A stretch of DNA of 64,000 bases from an uncultured candidate division Zixibacteria bacterium. Lineage in GTDB: Bacteria; Zixibacteria; MSB-5A5; UBA10806. The stretch covers positions 320,001 through 384,000 of the forward strand of contig CAWFQL010000016.1 in NCBI GenBank assembly GCA_963817915.1, given 5' to 3'. How positions within the stretch are numbered: position 1 is the stretch's first letter; every line of letters starts with the position of its first letter. The notes under the pieces were generated by a model that was not told the origin of the DNA, ran no database searches, and saw only the letters and a program-made list of their open reading frames with translations. Both the position numbers and the translations under genes were made by a program. Shown piece after piece: positions 42,001-51,922 of the stretch.

Positions 42001-44480
42001 ATAGCAATACGGCCAAAATTGAATTGCCGATAAAAAGCGATTACGGACCTAATGTCTATATTTACGCCACTCTAATCAAATCGACTACATCTTTGGAGCG
42101 GTTTTCACCGGCCCGGGCATTTGGTATCGCGCCGATAATGGTAGATAATTCGAACGCGAAACTTGCGATTCAAATCGAATCGCCAACAGTAATCAAACCA
42201 CAGCAAAAGCTTGATATAAGAATTAAGACTAACATGAAAAAAGGCACAAAGCTTACGGTCGCTGCTGTCGACATGGGGATCCTAATGTTGACCGATTTCA
42301 GGACACCAGATCCATTCGATTTTTTCTATGGCAAGAAACGACCTGCCTTAAGGCCTTATGATATCTATTCCCTTATATTTCCTGACATCTCGGAATCGGA
42401 ATCAAAATTATCGCCTGCGGGCAGTGCCGCCTATGAGGCTGCCCGGAAAAGGCATCTAAATCCAATTTCCGCCAAAAGAGTAAAACCGGTGGCCTTATGG
42501 TCTGGGATAATTCAAACTGATACTGCGGGTAATGCCATGGTATCATTCGATGTACCGCAGTTTAACGGCAAATTGGCAATCATGGCAGTCGGATTCAATG
42601 GTTCGAAATGCGGCTCTTCGACTGAAGAAGTGACTGTCAGGGATAAAATTGTCATTCAGGAAAGCTTGCCTCGTTTCATCTCGCCATCTGATAGAATTAG
42701 CACACCGGTCGTAATCTTTAATAATACCGGTAAGGCCGATAGCTTCGCGGTGGCAATGAAGATCGATGGTCCGGCTGAATTGGTTTCAAAAGAGACCATC
42801 ACAATTTTTATTAAAGACAACTCAAAAGAGGTGGCTCAATTCATATTCAAAGCAAATCCCAAACCAGGCAAAGTAAAATTCGAAATAACAGCGACAAATG
42901 GGGTTGAAGTCTCTATGGAAAATGTCGAACTCGCCAACCGACCCGCAAAGCCATTGCTAACCGAACATGGCTCGGGGACGGTTAAGGAGGGAATCCCGGC
43001 GCGCATATCAATGGCCGATAAATGGCTTGAGGGCACATCGCAGTACGAACTGAAATTATCGTCGATGCCCGCGGTCAGATTATCTGGAAGCATTCAATAT
43101 TTGCTTGCCTATCCCTATGGTTGTATCGAACAAACAACATCAAGGCTTTTCCCGCTGCTATATTTCAATGATCTGGCCAAATTTGTGCAGCCCGATATTT
43201 TTGGCACCAAGGGTCAGGATTATTTTATCGGCGAAGGAATCATGAAGGTATCGGGCATGCAGCTGCCATCGGGAGAATTTGTTTATTGGCAGGGCGATAA
43301 CAAGGCCAACCCGTGGGCAAGTGTTTATTCGTCGCATTTCCTGGTCGAAGCCAGGAAGGCCGGATACGGAGTCAACGATGACATTTATGACAAGATGATA
43401 AAGAACCTTCAGAAAATGGCTAAAGATGCGAGTCTGGAAAATAATCAAGGCGTACTTAGAATATATGCCTCCTATGTGCTTGCCAAGGCAGGAAAACTCG
43501 ATAAAAGCGTTATCAATAATCTGAAATTACTAAATATTGAGCAATTGCCGGTTTGGTCGAGATTTCAGTTGGCCGCCGCAATTGCCTTGACCACTGGCGT
43601 AAATGACGCATTATGGCTGATTCCAGTCGAGATTCACCCATTGAAGTATGATCCTCAAACTGGTGAGTATCTTGATTCCGACATTCGCGCCAATGCTATA
43701 CTTCTCGATGTTTTAAGCGAAATAGCTCCAGACAACCCATCGGTGCCCGAATTAATTAAGGAAATTTCAGAAAAATTGTATTTAGGCGAATGGTACACTA
43801 CCCAAAGCAATTCCTGGGCATTGATGGCCCTAGGAAAATTTTTAAAGTCTCAGGAGCAGGCTGCTTATACAGGAATCATTATGGTAGATGGGAAAAAATA
43901 CGGCCAGTTCGGTATCGAGGATTTTAAAGTGAAAGACGCGTTGTTGGCAAATAGAAATATAGAAATAACAATCACAGGAAAAGGCACATGTTATTACTTC
44001 TGGCAGGCCAGCGGAGTCAGTATTGAAAAGGCAGTGAGAGAATTCGACAATCGAATGACTGTCCGCCGCGAATATCTCAACATTTACGGCAACCCCCTGG
44101 ATATAAACAATGTCAATCTTGGCGATCAGGTGGTTGTTAGGATTACTGCGGAGGCGAGAGATAAATATCTTGAAAATGTCGTTATTAATGATCTTTTGCC
44201 CGCTTGTTTTGAAATAGACAATCCCAGATTGCAGACAACAGGAAGAGTCGATATAACATCGGAGCCAAACTATTATGCCTCATACACCGATATTCGCGAT
44301 GATCGATTGCTTCTCTTCGTAAATCTGAGACCGGGAGACAAGTTTACATATAAATATGCCCTAAGAGCGGTATCGAGCGGCGAATTTATGGTTCCTCCAA
44401 TCGCCGGTGAATGTATGTATGACCCCACAATCGCTAGCGCGGCGTCATCTGGATTTATATCGGTGAATGAAGGACGGTAG
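39081..44480 (+). CDS. Bacterial alpha-2-macroglobulin (YfhM-like)
   Basis: 1799 aa; SDRGVYRPGE and FQVEEFMPDR motifs; thioester motif YPYGCIEQ; followed by pbpC. Confidence 0.93.
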   Translation: MNRFLKSFFYPKGLIGGMIVLCLLTAAGMVAVLMAQQPQDKPDYDVRVTSFWPSEYLPVRQATSIIVKFSRDMMPDDSLNLLTADIPLELNPPISGLARWIDNDKLEFMPDSMFAPSTEYKINIKSDRTYLYGNRINEPQIFTFRTPTLIVQSVNTEIVNVPEPKFYDQLIIHLIFNYKVDPQTLVEHLYSNLKGPNGPIDFEIKDTSPAAELTLVSTPFKPQEVNGEFDFTVTKDLQCVGGQIPLQADFKQKIRIPKPVPLVINQVTAEAAGQYGRIVIYLSQSTSLSEAGDFISISPETDFTINQNWDRIELNGNFKPREAYTVNIRAGLRALNGQSLDRDFSSKVETGDLYPLIRFIDDGQYMSKKSRQILAIETTNIDELSIEVEQIFVNNIVYYLGDYGRDISRVGRRIFFKEFKLPESKNIPLVSTFDIGDIVGDSLRGIYKVSVREKTQRWTYAEKQVMISDLGIMSRLSDNYLMVWVNSLSSITPVSKADVALISRNNQVLLSGKTDSRGIVVFENIAEKMAGFEPYLITVGKDNDLSYLNFNECMIYTSDFDVDGRQYLTKGYEAFLYSDRGVYRPGETVHLVSVLRGVNNTVPQEFPYIVSIKDPQGRSFNDYKLTTKDQAISGLDIDLPSFAKTGGYRVEAKIGEDVIGTYNFQVEEFMPDRIKATLTTDKDSYISGDEVRISVNGVFLFGPPCAGNNVNGHITIESDYFSPRQWSGYSFSNSDIDFAAIQVDLPSDSLDDAGNHIYNYRISSNLKPPSSLKMMISGTVQEEGGRAVSAYKSVKVNPYMKYLGIKTGNEGYAKIGETSSFNIVAVDSDGNLTAIDSAWVKFYHIIYQNIVRRDQHGIFRYVSEPKDQIVDSTFVSISNSPAIATFTPQQYGEYKAKVVSNRTSHTAVLNFYAAGWGYSSWSMANPDKIELQLDKKTYKVGDKAKLLVKAPFEGKLLLTIEKEKILEFKTIDMDSNTAKIELPIKSDYGPNVYIYATLIKSTTSLERFSPARAFGIAPIMVDNSNAKLAIQIESPTVIKPQQKLDIRIKTNMKKGTKLTVAAVDMGILMLTDFRTPDPFDFFYGKKRPALRPYDIYSLIFPDISESESKLSPAGSAAYEAARKRHLNPISAKRVKPVALWSGIIQTDTAGNAMVSFDVPQFNGKLAIMAVGFNGSKCGSSTEEVTVRDKIVIQESLPRFISPSDRISTPVVIFNNTGKADSFAVAMKIDGPAELVSKETITIFIKDNSKEVAQFIFKANPKPGKVKFEITATNGVEVSMENVELANRPAKPLLTEHGSGTVKEGIPARISMADKWLEGTSQYELKLSSMPAVRLSGSIQYLLAYPYGCIEQTTSRLFPLLYFNDLAKFVQPDIFGTKGQDYFIGEGIMKVSGMQLPSGEFVYWQGDNKANPWASVYSSHFLVEARKAGYGVNDDIYDKMIKNLQKMAKDASLENNQGVLRIYASYVLAKAGKLDKSVINNLKLLNIEQLPVWSRFQLAAAIALTTGVNDALWLIPVEIHPLKYDPQTGEYLDSDIRANAILLDVLSEIAPDNPSVPELIKEISEKLYLGEWYTTQSNSWALMALGKFLKSQEQAAYTGIIMVDGKKYGQFGIEDFKVKDALLANRNIEITITGKGTCYYFWQASGVSIEKAVREFDNRMTVRREYLNIYGNPLDINNVNLGDQVVVRITAEARDKYLENVVINDLLPACFEIDNPRLQTTGRVDITSEPNYYASYTDIRDDRLLLFVNLRPGDKFTYKYALRAVSSGEFMVPPIAGECMYDPTIASAASSGFISVNEGR

Positions 44481-46818
44481 ACGCGGGGATTATAAAATGA
44501 AATTCGCTAAATTGACAAAACGAAATTATCTAAAGTCACTGGCAATCATCGCGGGAATCATCCTTTCGATGGTTATCGTTGATAGATACATATTCCCCTT
44601 GCCGAAAGATCAGATTTTTAGGCCATCGTCTGTCTTTGTTTACAGCCGCGACAGGCATTTGATGAGATGCTCGATTGCGTCTGATAGCTATTGGCGAAAA
44701 CCGGTCAAATTAATCGATATCTCGCCGTTGCTCAAAAAAAGCGTATTGGCCTGCGAGGATAGGTGGTTCTATTATCATCCGGGCGTGAATCTTTATTCGT
44801 TATTCTCGGCGGCTATCGACAATATAAAAGCCGGAAAACGAGTCAGGGGTGGTTCGACTATCACCATGCAGATCGCCCGCATGATGGAACCCAAATCCAG
44901 AACCATTCAATCGAAATTAATTGAAGTTCTGCGAGCCATACAGCTTGAATCACACTTTTCAAAAAATGAATTATTGGAAATTTACTTTAATATGGCTCCT
45001 TACGGAGGAAATATCGAGGGGGTCGGCGCTGCCGCATATTTCTACTTCGAAAAATCGCCTAAGGAATTAACAGCGTCGCAAGCCGCGCTTCTCGTGTCGG
45101 TGCCAAATTCCCCAACTACGCTGCGACCGGACATCAATATCATGAAAAGCATCAGGGCGCGAGATAAGGTTTTAGGCGTAATGCTTGCAAGGAATATAAT
45201 CTCGAAAGATAAATACAATGAGGCCCTGGCCGAGGAAATTCGCGCGAAAAAAACAGAACCGCCTTTGATAGCGCCCCATTTTACCCGCGATCTGGCATTA
45301 AAGTATCCCTACAAAACTGAGATTGTCTCAACCATCGATTTGAAAATTCAGAACATTTGCGATCAGATCATTCGAAACGCGCGCAATGATCTCCAGGCAA
45401 AAGGAATTTACAATGCCGCGGTAATAGTCATAAAAAATTCAACCGCCGAGGTATTGGCGCTGGTAGGCTCTTCTAATTTCAATGATATTCCACATCAGGG
45501 GCAGGTAAATGGCGCTACATCACCCAGATCGCCGGGCTCCGCCTTGAAACCATTTGTCTACGCGATGGCTATGGATAAGGGACTGATTTCCCCCAATATG
45601 GTAGTAGAGGATTTGCCGGTATATTTTTCCGGATATTCTCCGGAAAATTATGACAAGCAATTCAGAGGTGCGGTCTCCGCTGCCGAGGCCTTGAGGTTAT
45701 CGCTCAATGTCCCCGCCGTTAACCTGACTTCTCAAGTAGGCTATCGGGAAATGATCCGACATTTAAAAGTCGGCGGAATTAAATCGTTTAATCGCAAGGA
45801 AAGTGATTACGGGCTATCGTTGATTTTGGGTGCCTGCGAAATTAAACTTATTGAACTTTGTAATCTTTATAGCTCATTTACCAGAGGAGGCATATTCATT
45901 CCATATAGAAGCGAGCTTTCAGCTATTGTGCCGGATTCTGCAAAATTATTCTCACCTGCGACTTCATATATTATTTCTGATATTTTAAGCGGGTTGCAGA
46001 GGCCGGATTTCCCTGCCAGTTGGGAATTTTCTCCTAATATCCCAAAGGTAGCCTGGAAAACCGGAACGTCATACGGCCGCAAAGATGCCTGGTCGATCGG
46101 TTACGATCCCGAATACACAATCGGTGTATGGGTAGGAAATTTCAACGGCGAAGCTTCGCCTAATCTGGCCGGCGCCGAGGTGGCTGCCCCGATTCTTTTC
46201 GAAATATTTAATTCAATAGGGAGTTCTTTTTCATGGTTCTCGCCACCAAGCGATGTAGGTATCAGACAGGTCTGCAGCGTCAGCGGCAGACCGCCCAATG
46301 ATTTCTGCCAAGTGAAAATCGAAGAGTTATTTATACCCGGTGTTTCCCCCGAATTAAAATGCGATATTCATAAGGAAATCCCGGTTGATTCAGTTTCGGG
46401 AGCAAGATTATGTCGCTATTGCTCTAGCGGGAAAAGGGCCATTGGCAAAATTTATGAAGACTGGCCGGCAAAAGTAGCGACCTGGCTGGAGAAATCTGGC
46501 CACGCAATAGCCTCAATTCCCGAACACGATCCCGATTGTAACGGTATTTCCGCTGATAGCAAACCAGTTATCACATCGCCGAATAACGATGTTGTCTACA
46601 TTATTCGACATCATATACCGTTGGAGCAACAAGGGATATTATTGGACGCATCGGTATCCTCAAAATCCGGGAAAATATTCTGGTTCATCGATGGAGAGTT
46701 AATAGGCAATGTTAAGGCAGGAATGCCGCTATTTTACCTTCCCGTTACAGGCGTTCATAACGTAACCGCTACTGACAGCGAAGGAAAATCGTCGTCAATA
46801 AAAATAAATATCCAGTAA
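44467..46818 (+). CDS. pbpC: Penicillin-binding protein 1C
   Basis: Transglycosylase EDRWFYYHPG and GGSTITMQ; transpeptidase SALK, SLN and KTG motifs; downstream of A2M. Confidence 0.93.
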   Translation: MKDGRRGDYKMKFAKLTKRNYLKSLAIIAGIILSMVIVDRYIFPLPKDQIFRPSSVFVYSRDRHLMRCSIASDSYWRKPVKLIDISPLLKKSVLACEDRWFYYHPGVNLYSLFSAAIDNIKAGKRVRGGSTITMQIARMMEPKSRTIQSKLIEVLRAIQLESHFSKNELLEIYFNMAPYGGNIEGVGAAAYFYFEKSPKELTASQAALLVSVPNSPTTLRPDINIMKSIRARDKVLGVMLARNIISKDKYNEALAEEIRAKKTEPPLIAPHFTRDLALKYPYKTEIVSTIDLKIQNICDQIIRNARNDLQAKGIYNAAVIVIKNSTAEVLALVGSSNFNDIPHQGQVNGATSPRSPGSALKPFVYAMAMDKGLISPNMVVEDLPVYFSGYSPENYDKQFRGAVSAAEALRLSLNVPAVNLTSQVGYREMIRHLKVGGIKSFNRKESDYGLSLILGACEIKLIELCNLYSSFTRGGIFIPYRSELSAIVPDSAKLFSPATSYIISDILSGLQRPDFPASWEFSPNIPKVAWKTGTSYGRKDAWSIGYDPEYTIGVWVGNFNGEASPNLAGAEVAAPILFEIFNSIGSSFSWFSPPSDVGIRQVCSVSGRPPNDFCQVKIEELFIPGVSPELKCDIHKEIPVDSVSGARLCRYCSSGKRAIGKIYEDWPAKVATWLEKSGHAIASIPEHDPDCNGISADSKPVITSPNNDVVYIIRHHIPLEQQGILLDASVSSKSGKIFWFIDGELIGNVKAGMPLFYLPVTGVHNVTATDSEGKSSSIKINIQ

Positions 46819-46847
46819 ACTAACTTATTTGGATTCCTTGAAAAACA

Positions 46848-46871
46848 ATTAGCGGCGCAGGGATTCGAACC
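46848..46871 (-). repeat. att-like exact copy of the tRNA-Met(51668) 3' end
   Basis: attagcggcgcagggattcgaacc is identical to 51666-51689 (24/24). Confidence 0.85.
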
Positions 46872-46992
46872 TTAGATATGGAAATGACTGCAAAAAGTTC
46901 GAAAGCTGTCAATAGCTTCCGTTAATCTGACTTGATAGCATTATTTCGAAAACAATGTAATTGCGGAAAAGCAATAAAAAGGCCGCGTTAAA

Positions 46993-48629
46993 CTATAAAT
47001 TTCTTTTAATTATTATCATTGTAATATCATCACTAGCCTCTGGAGATTGACCCAGAAACTCATTAATCTTACCGGTTAAAGATTCAGAGAGAGATTTCGC
47101 ATCCTGATTCGATTTTAAGAACTCGATCATTCTATCCTCGCCATATTGTTCGCCTTTGTCGTTGGTCGCCTCAGAAATGCCGTCAGTATAGATAAATAAC
47201 AGATCTCCCCGGTCCAAATCTATCGACATCTCATCCCAAACAGCTTTCCCTAATATTCCTATTGGTATGCCTGTAGATTTTAGAGATTCTATTTTGCCGT
47301 CTGCCCGCAGGAGAATGGGCGAGTTATGACCGGCATTGATATAATTAAATCTGCCAGTTTCAGGATCAAGAATCCCTACAAAGAGCGTAGCGAAATCTCC
47401 GGGCCTGCTGTGGCTTCGAAGCTGTTCTGATACCATTGATACAGAATTGCGCATTTCAAACCGGTCAGTATTATAGAGTATCCTAAACGATGCGAGAATA
47501 TTTGAGGCCAGAAGGGCGGCGCTGGTTCCCTTACCCGAAACATCTGCCATTAGAAAAAGAATTTTCCCATCTTTAAGTTGTGCTACATCATAAAGATCGC
47601 CCCCAACAGAAAGACATTGCTCCTGCAGGGCATCAAAAAAATATCCCTTTATATCAGGCATTTTTTCGGGAAGCAATTGTCGTTGAATTTTTGATGCCAG
47701 GGCAAGCTCAGCCTCATAGACTTCCTTGGCGCGTCTTTCCTTAAGAAGCTGATAATTGTTGATCTTGGCCGCCAGAATATTGCTGAAAGTTACTGCCACC
47801 ATAAGAATCTCTTCGCTAAAACCGGAGGTTGGCGACAATGAATCAGCGTATAATATCCCCAATACTTTGTCCTCATCAAAAAGCGGCACCGCGATTATAG
47901 ATTGCGCTCCCGAAATCATTATAGATTCTCTGTTGTGGAAATTGCTGTCGAGTCGGAGATTCGGTATAAGTATCGCGCTTCTTTCATCTATTATTTTTTT
48001 TATGATTGTTCGAGAAAGCCTGAATAGTTCATCGCTCTTTTTGATTTTATTAAATCTACTGGCCAATGTCAGGTTATCAGAACTATCCGCTATAAAGTAA
48101 ATCGCCAAACGATCGGCGGGAATGATTTCGGAAAGCATCCCGAGAGCCCGATCATACATTTCATTATCTAGCCCTGGCACTACCAGCATCTTGCCTATCT
48201 CAGAAAAAACCGATAGGGTCCTGGGGTTATCAATGAACATTACGTGACAATGGCCGAGACTGGTTCCCAAGAGGCACAATAGAAACGTTGTGTCAAATCA
48301 ACCTCATCTGATCTATCGTCGTTTTCATAAAGGCTTTTGGGCTTATCGGTAAGAATTCGGAATTGGACTTTGCCAAACCAGATTTCATCATTTTCATTCA
48401 AATATACAAAATCATTTATTTTCTCGCCATTGACAGTAGTGCCGTTATGGCTCCCTAAATCTCTCAATTTTATACTGGAGTCATCCGCGATAATTTCGGC
48501 GTGTCTCCTGGAAATTGTTGTATCATTTATAAAATATTCGGATTCGGGATTTCTTCCGATAATATATTTGCCCGGTAATAACGGCCATCTATATGGCGTA
48601 TTTTTTATAATGCTTGCCAAAATCAGCAT
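46993..48629 (-). CDS. FHA-GAF-PP2C (SpoIIE/RsbU-like) phosphatase; split near 48240-48290 (ORFs 48240-48629 and 46993-48279)
   Basis: FHA (IGR...ISRRHA...DLGSHNGT); GAF; VGGDLYD, ADVSGKG, NAGH, YTDG and SDDIT motifs. Confidence 0.85.
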
Positions 48630-48713
48630 ATCAAAATCACCCAGATATTATTAATACTTGAAATTTTCTTTTTGGGGCCTTATGAGGGTTTGTATTACAA
48701 TCAAGAATTATTT

Positions 48714-51299
48714 TTACCCCTTTGGCTTAATAAACTCAATGAATGGTGGATAATCCCAAAGCGACTCGAAGTCAGGATCCGTGTGTATGGAAGAATCAAA
48801 TTCATACCCCTGCAGGACAGCTTCTTTCAAGAGCGAGACCGCCTGATCCTTCTCACCGAGAATAGCTAAGATTCGCGCGCGCAGGAAAGTGTTTCCTCCA
48901 AGCAGATATGGCGTTTTCAGATTTTTCAGCCAATCGGAGACCTCCAGCGCTGTTTGTCTATCTCCTTGCCGAGCAGCGATCTGGCCAAGGTATCCTCTAT
49001 AATTAAAATTGTCGGGAAATTCTTTTTCGAGCTGCTTGAAGATGTTTTTTGCCTTGTCCCAATGGTGAGCGTTATATAGAGTCACCGCAAGCCCAAAGCG
49101 TAGTCGCTTTTCTTCGTCCTTTGGTCGACTTTCGTACCACTGAATAGATTGATCATACATTGTCGCGGCATCGTCTTTGTAACCATGCGCGTTCAGCTCC
49201 ACGGCGGCAATCCGAGCCGTACCGCCCGGCGTCCCCAAGAATGGTGCACTTGTTGAGTATAGAGATTTGCTTTCTTCTATCAATTTTCTGATTTCGTCGA
49301 CTCTGCCAAGCGCCGCCAAGGCCATAATTTCGGCGTTAACTGTTCGAATGTGAGTTGGAAACTGTTTTCGGCCCTCTATAGCCGCATCGAGTTCCCTTTC
49401 GTGATCCCCAAGAGCATGATAGGCCGCGGCCACCATTGGCCAGTAAGGGACCCAAAATTGCGCCCACCCTATTCTGGGATTTACGGTCTTGAAAGCTTCA
49501 ATGGCTTCCTGCGGACGATTAAAATGAAGCGCTTGATATCCCCATCCATACGAGGCATGGGACCCGGGCGCTAGCTTAGCAAGTTTTCGGGAATCATCAA
49601 GTGCTTTTGCCTGATTGCCCAGGAGCAAAGTCCTCCAAATATCAACTGCCAGTATTTGGGGAAGGGCAAGGCGCGTACGGCGTATATTGAGGAATTGAGC
49701 AAGAGAATCTTCTTCTGCGAGCCGACCAAGGTTATAATATGCTATGGTTGACTCGACAAGCGGCTCAAAGAAAGTTGTATCAATTGTATAAGCTCGACTA
49801 AAATGCTCTATTGCTTTTGCCCAATTGTTCCGAGTATGAAATTCATCAAACCCCAGCATATATTCTTGATATGCTTCATACGTTGGTGGTTTCGATCCTT
49901 CTGTGAGAGTTCCCAATAATCTTTCGTCCAAGACAACAGCAAGCACTCCCATTATTCGCTGGCGCAAAGCTCCTATCGCATTCATCACCTCCGAAGTTGG
50001 GAAGCATACCGGCTCAATCGCCTGAAGAAGCTTTTCATTGGCGTCAACAACCTGAGCTTGAATCTGAAGGCTATCACCAAGTCGGTAATAGGAGCCAATT
50101 ACCAGAATTTGTGCACCGGTAGCGCTAACGATCGATTTGACTCCACTCTTCGGATCTATTCCAGATAACACTTCGGTAGGGACAATTTCAGCCAAGCCTG
50201 TCTGAAGGAGACTCTGGTTGGTCCAATCTGCCATCATCAGCCCTAGATTGTTTAATGTCGAATCTCCGGTTTGATTTCTGAAGGGAACCACCACTATTTT
50301 CTTGGTACCCGACGTAGCTTTGTCTGCCGACTTATCAATAAATGTCCATGGCTTAAAAACCAATATTGCTGCTAATATGCCAAGCGATGCAATTAGAGGT
50401 ACTAGAACTCGGCGCTTGAGTCTTAACGAGCTTTGCGGAAGATCTACTGTTGAAATCAGGTATTTCAGATCCGCCAATAGATCCTCAGCATGCTGGTAGC
50501 GCAGATTCTTGTCTTTGATTAAAGCTTTGCCAATGATCCTTTGAAGTTCATCTGGAACGCTATTCTTATACCGAGCCAAAGGTTCGGGAATTGTATCAAT
50601 GATATTCTTGATCGTCGCAATTTCAGAATCGGCTTTAAAGGGAGATTTGCCGGTAATCATTTCATAAAGGATAACACCAAAGGAAAACAAGTCTGACCGA
50701 GCATCGACTTCTTCGCCTCGTGCTTGTTCTGGTGACATATAACCGACTGTGCCCAATGTTGTGCCCGTTTTCGTGAGCTGTTCGTTGCCATGCACTGATG
50801 CCAGTCCAAAATCTACGATCTTTGCTCGACCATCCCGGTCGATTAGAATATTGGATGGTTTTATATCACGGTGAACAACTCCAGCCGAATGTGCTTTGGC
50901 AAGTCCTTCGCAGATCTGTATAGCAAGTTCGATAATACTGCTGAGCGGGAGGTCCTTTCCTTTGCTGAATTCACGAAGAGTCTGTCCTTCTACATTCTCC
51001 ATGGCAAAAAACGGTCTGCCATTGAATTCGCTGACTTCAAAGATTGTAACAATGTTTGGATGGCTTAGTTTAGCCGTCGCTTGGGCCTCACGCTTGAACC
51101 GTGCACGACAGACGGCATCCTGATATAAATGAAGAGGAAGAAACTTAAGCGCGACTTTCCGATTAAGTTCGGTATCTTCAGCCAAGTATACTTCCCCCAT
51201 CCCTCCTGCACCGATCTTCTCGATAATCCTGTAGCGCAGGACCATCGTACCGCTGTTGAGTGTCACGTGGGTCTGGGTCTTATCGTTGTCAGGTGTCAT
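48714..51299 (-). CDS. Hanks-type Ser/Thr protein kinase with TM segment and TPR-rich C-terminus
   Basis: IGAGGMGEVY, VALK, HRDIKPSN, DFG and YMSPEQ motifs. Confidence 0.94.
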   Translation of the reverse strand: MTPDNDKTQTHVTLNSGTMVLRYRIIEKIGAGGMGEVYLAEDTELNRKVALKFLPLHLYQDAVCRARFKREAQATAKLSHPNIVTIFEVSEFNGRPFFAMENVEGQTLREFSKGKDLPLSSIIELAIQICEGLAKAHSAGVVHRDIKPSNILIDRDGRAKIVDFGLASVHGNEQLTKTGTTLGTVGYMSPEQARGEEVDARSDLFSFGVILYEMITGKSPFKADSEIATIKNIIDTIPEPLARYKNSVPDELQRIIGKALIKDKNLRYQHAEDLLADLKYLISTVDLPQSSLRLKRRVLVPLIASLGILAAILVFKPWTFIDKSADKATSGTKKIVVVPFRNQTGDSTLNNLGLMMADWTNQSLLQTGLAEIVPTEVLSGIDPKSGVKSIVSATGAQILVIGSYYRLGDSLQIQAQVVDANEKLLQAIEPVCFPTSEVMNAIGALRQRIMGVLAVVLDERLLGTLTEGSKPPTYEAYQEYMLGFDEFHTRNNWAKAIEHFSRAYTIDTTFFEPLVESTIAYYNLGRLAEEDSLAQFLNIRRTRLALPQILAVDIWRTLLLGNQAKALDDSRKLAKLAPGSHASYGWGYQALHFNRPQEAIEAFKTVNPRIGWAQFWVPYWPMVAAAYHALGDHERELDAAIEGRKQFPTHIRTVNAEIMALAALGRVDEIRKLIEESKSLYSTSAPFLGTPGGTARIAAVELNAHGYKDDAATMYDQSIQWYESRPKDEEKRLRFGLAVTLYNAHHWDKAKNIFKQLEKEFPDNFNYRGYLGQIAARQGDRQTALEVSDWLKNLKTPYLLGGNTFLRARILAILGEKDQAVSLLKEAVLQGYEFDSSIHTDPDFESLWDYPPFIEFIKPKG

Positions 51300-51667
51300 A
51301 TATAGGCAAATCAATATTTAATTGTGAATCAAAAACAAACAGATCGTACATTTCGGTATTGTCTCCGACAATTCTAATCGCAGAATAACGAATTGTGTTG
51401 CCATCCGCTTTCCTCAATATAGAAAACTCAAGCACTATTCTCTCATATTCTATCCGGAATCCCATCCGTACGGCCCAAATGCTGCCACAGGGAATATATA
51501 CAACAAAATGGACCAATCGCAAATTGGAAATGCAATCTCATAATTTAAAAATACATTATGTCCATACAAGTCTGAAGACTTACGATTGAAAATAACATGG
51601 TTGTCGTCCCATTGTTTTCTTGGAAAATATGTCCTTTGCCGACATCGTATAAATCAATGATAGATAT

Positions 51668-51741
51668 TAGCGGCGCAGGGATTCGAACCCCGGACACGAG
51701 GATTATGATTCCTCTGCTCTAACCAGCTGAGCTACGCCGCC
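51668..51741 (-). tRNA. tRNA with CAT anticodon, most likely elongator tRNA-Met; CCA not encoded
   Basis: GGCGGCGTAGCTCAGCTGGTTAGAGCAGAGGAATCATAATCCTCGTGTCCGGGGTTCGAATCCCTGCGCCGCTA folds into a cloverleaf; promoter-like TTGACA/TAAATT upstream (51812-51785). Confidence 0.93.
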
Positions 51742-51922
51742 ATCCAATACAAAATCGAATCCTGTCTCGAATTCGACAAGCCTAAATTTATCCCGACATC
51801 TACTATTGTCAAGCGGAAACTATGACATCCTCAATTATATGATTTTTTGCCGTGTTTCGAAGGCGATAAGATGTGTCAGCTTATATATTGACATAGTAAT
51901 CCGCTTAAAATAATATACTGTC

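Noticed and set aside
51289..51589. Small ORFs between the kinase and tRNA-Met
   Set aside because: They have no recognisable motifs, RBS or consistent frame, so they are unsupported.
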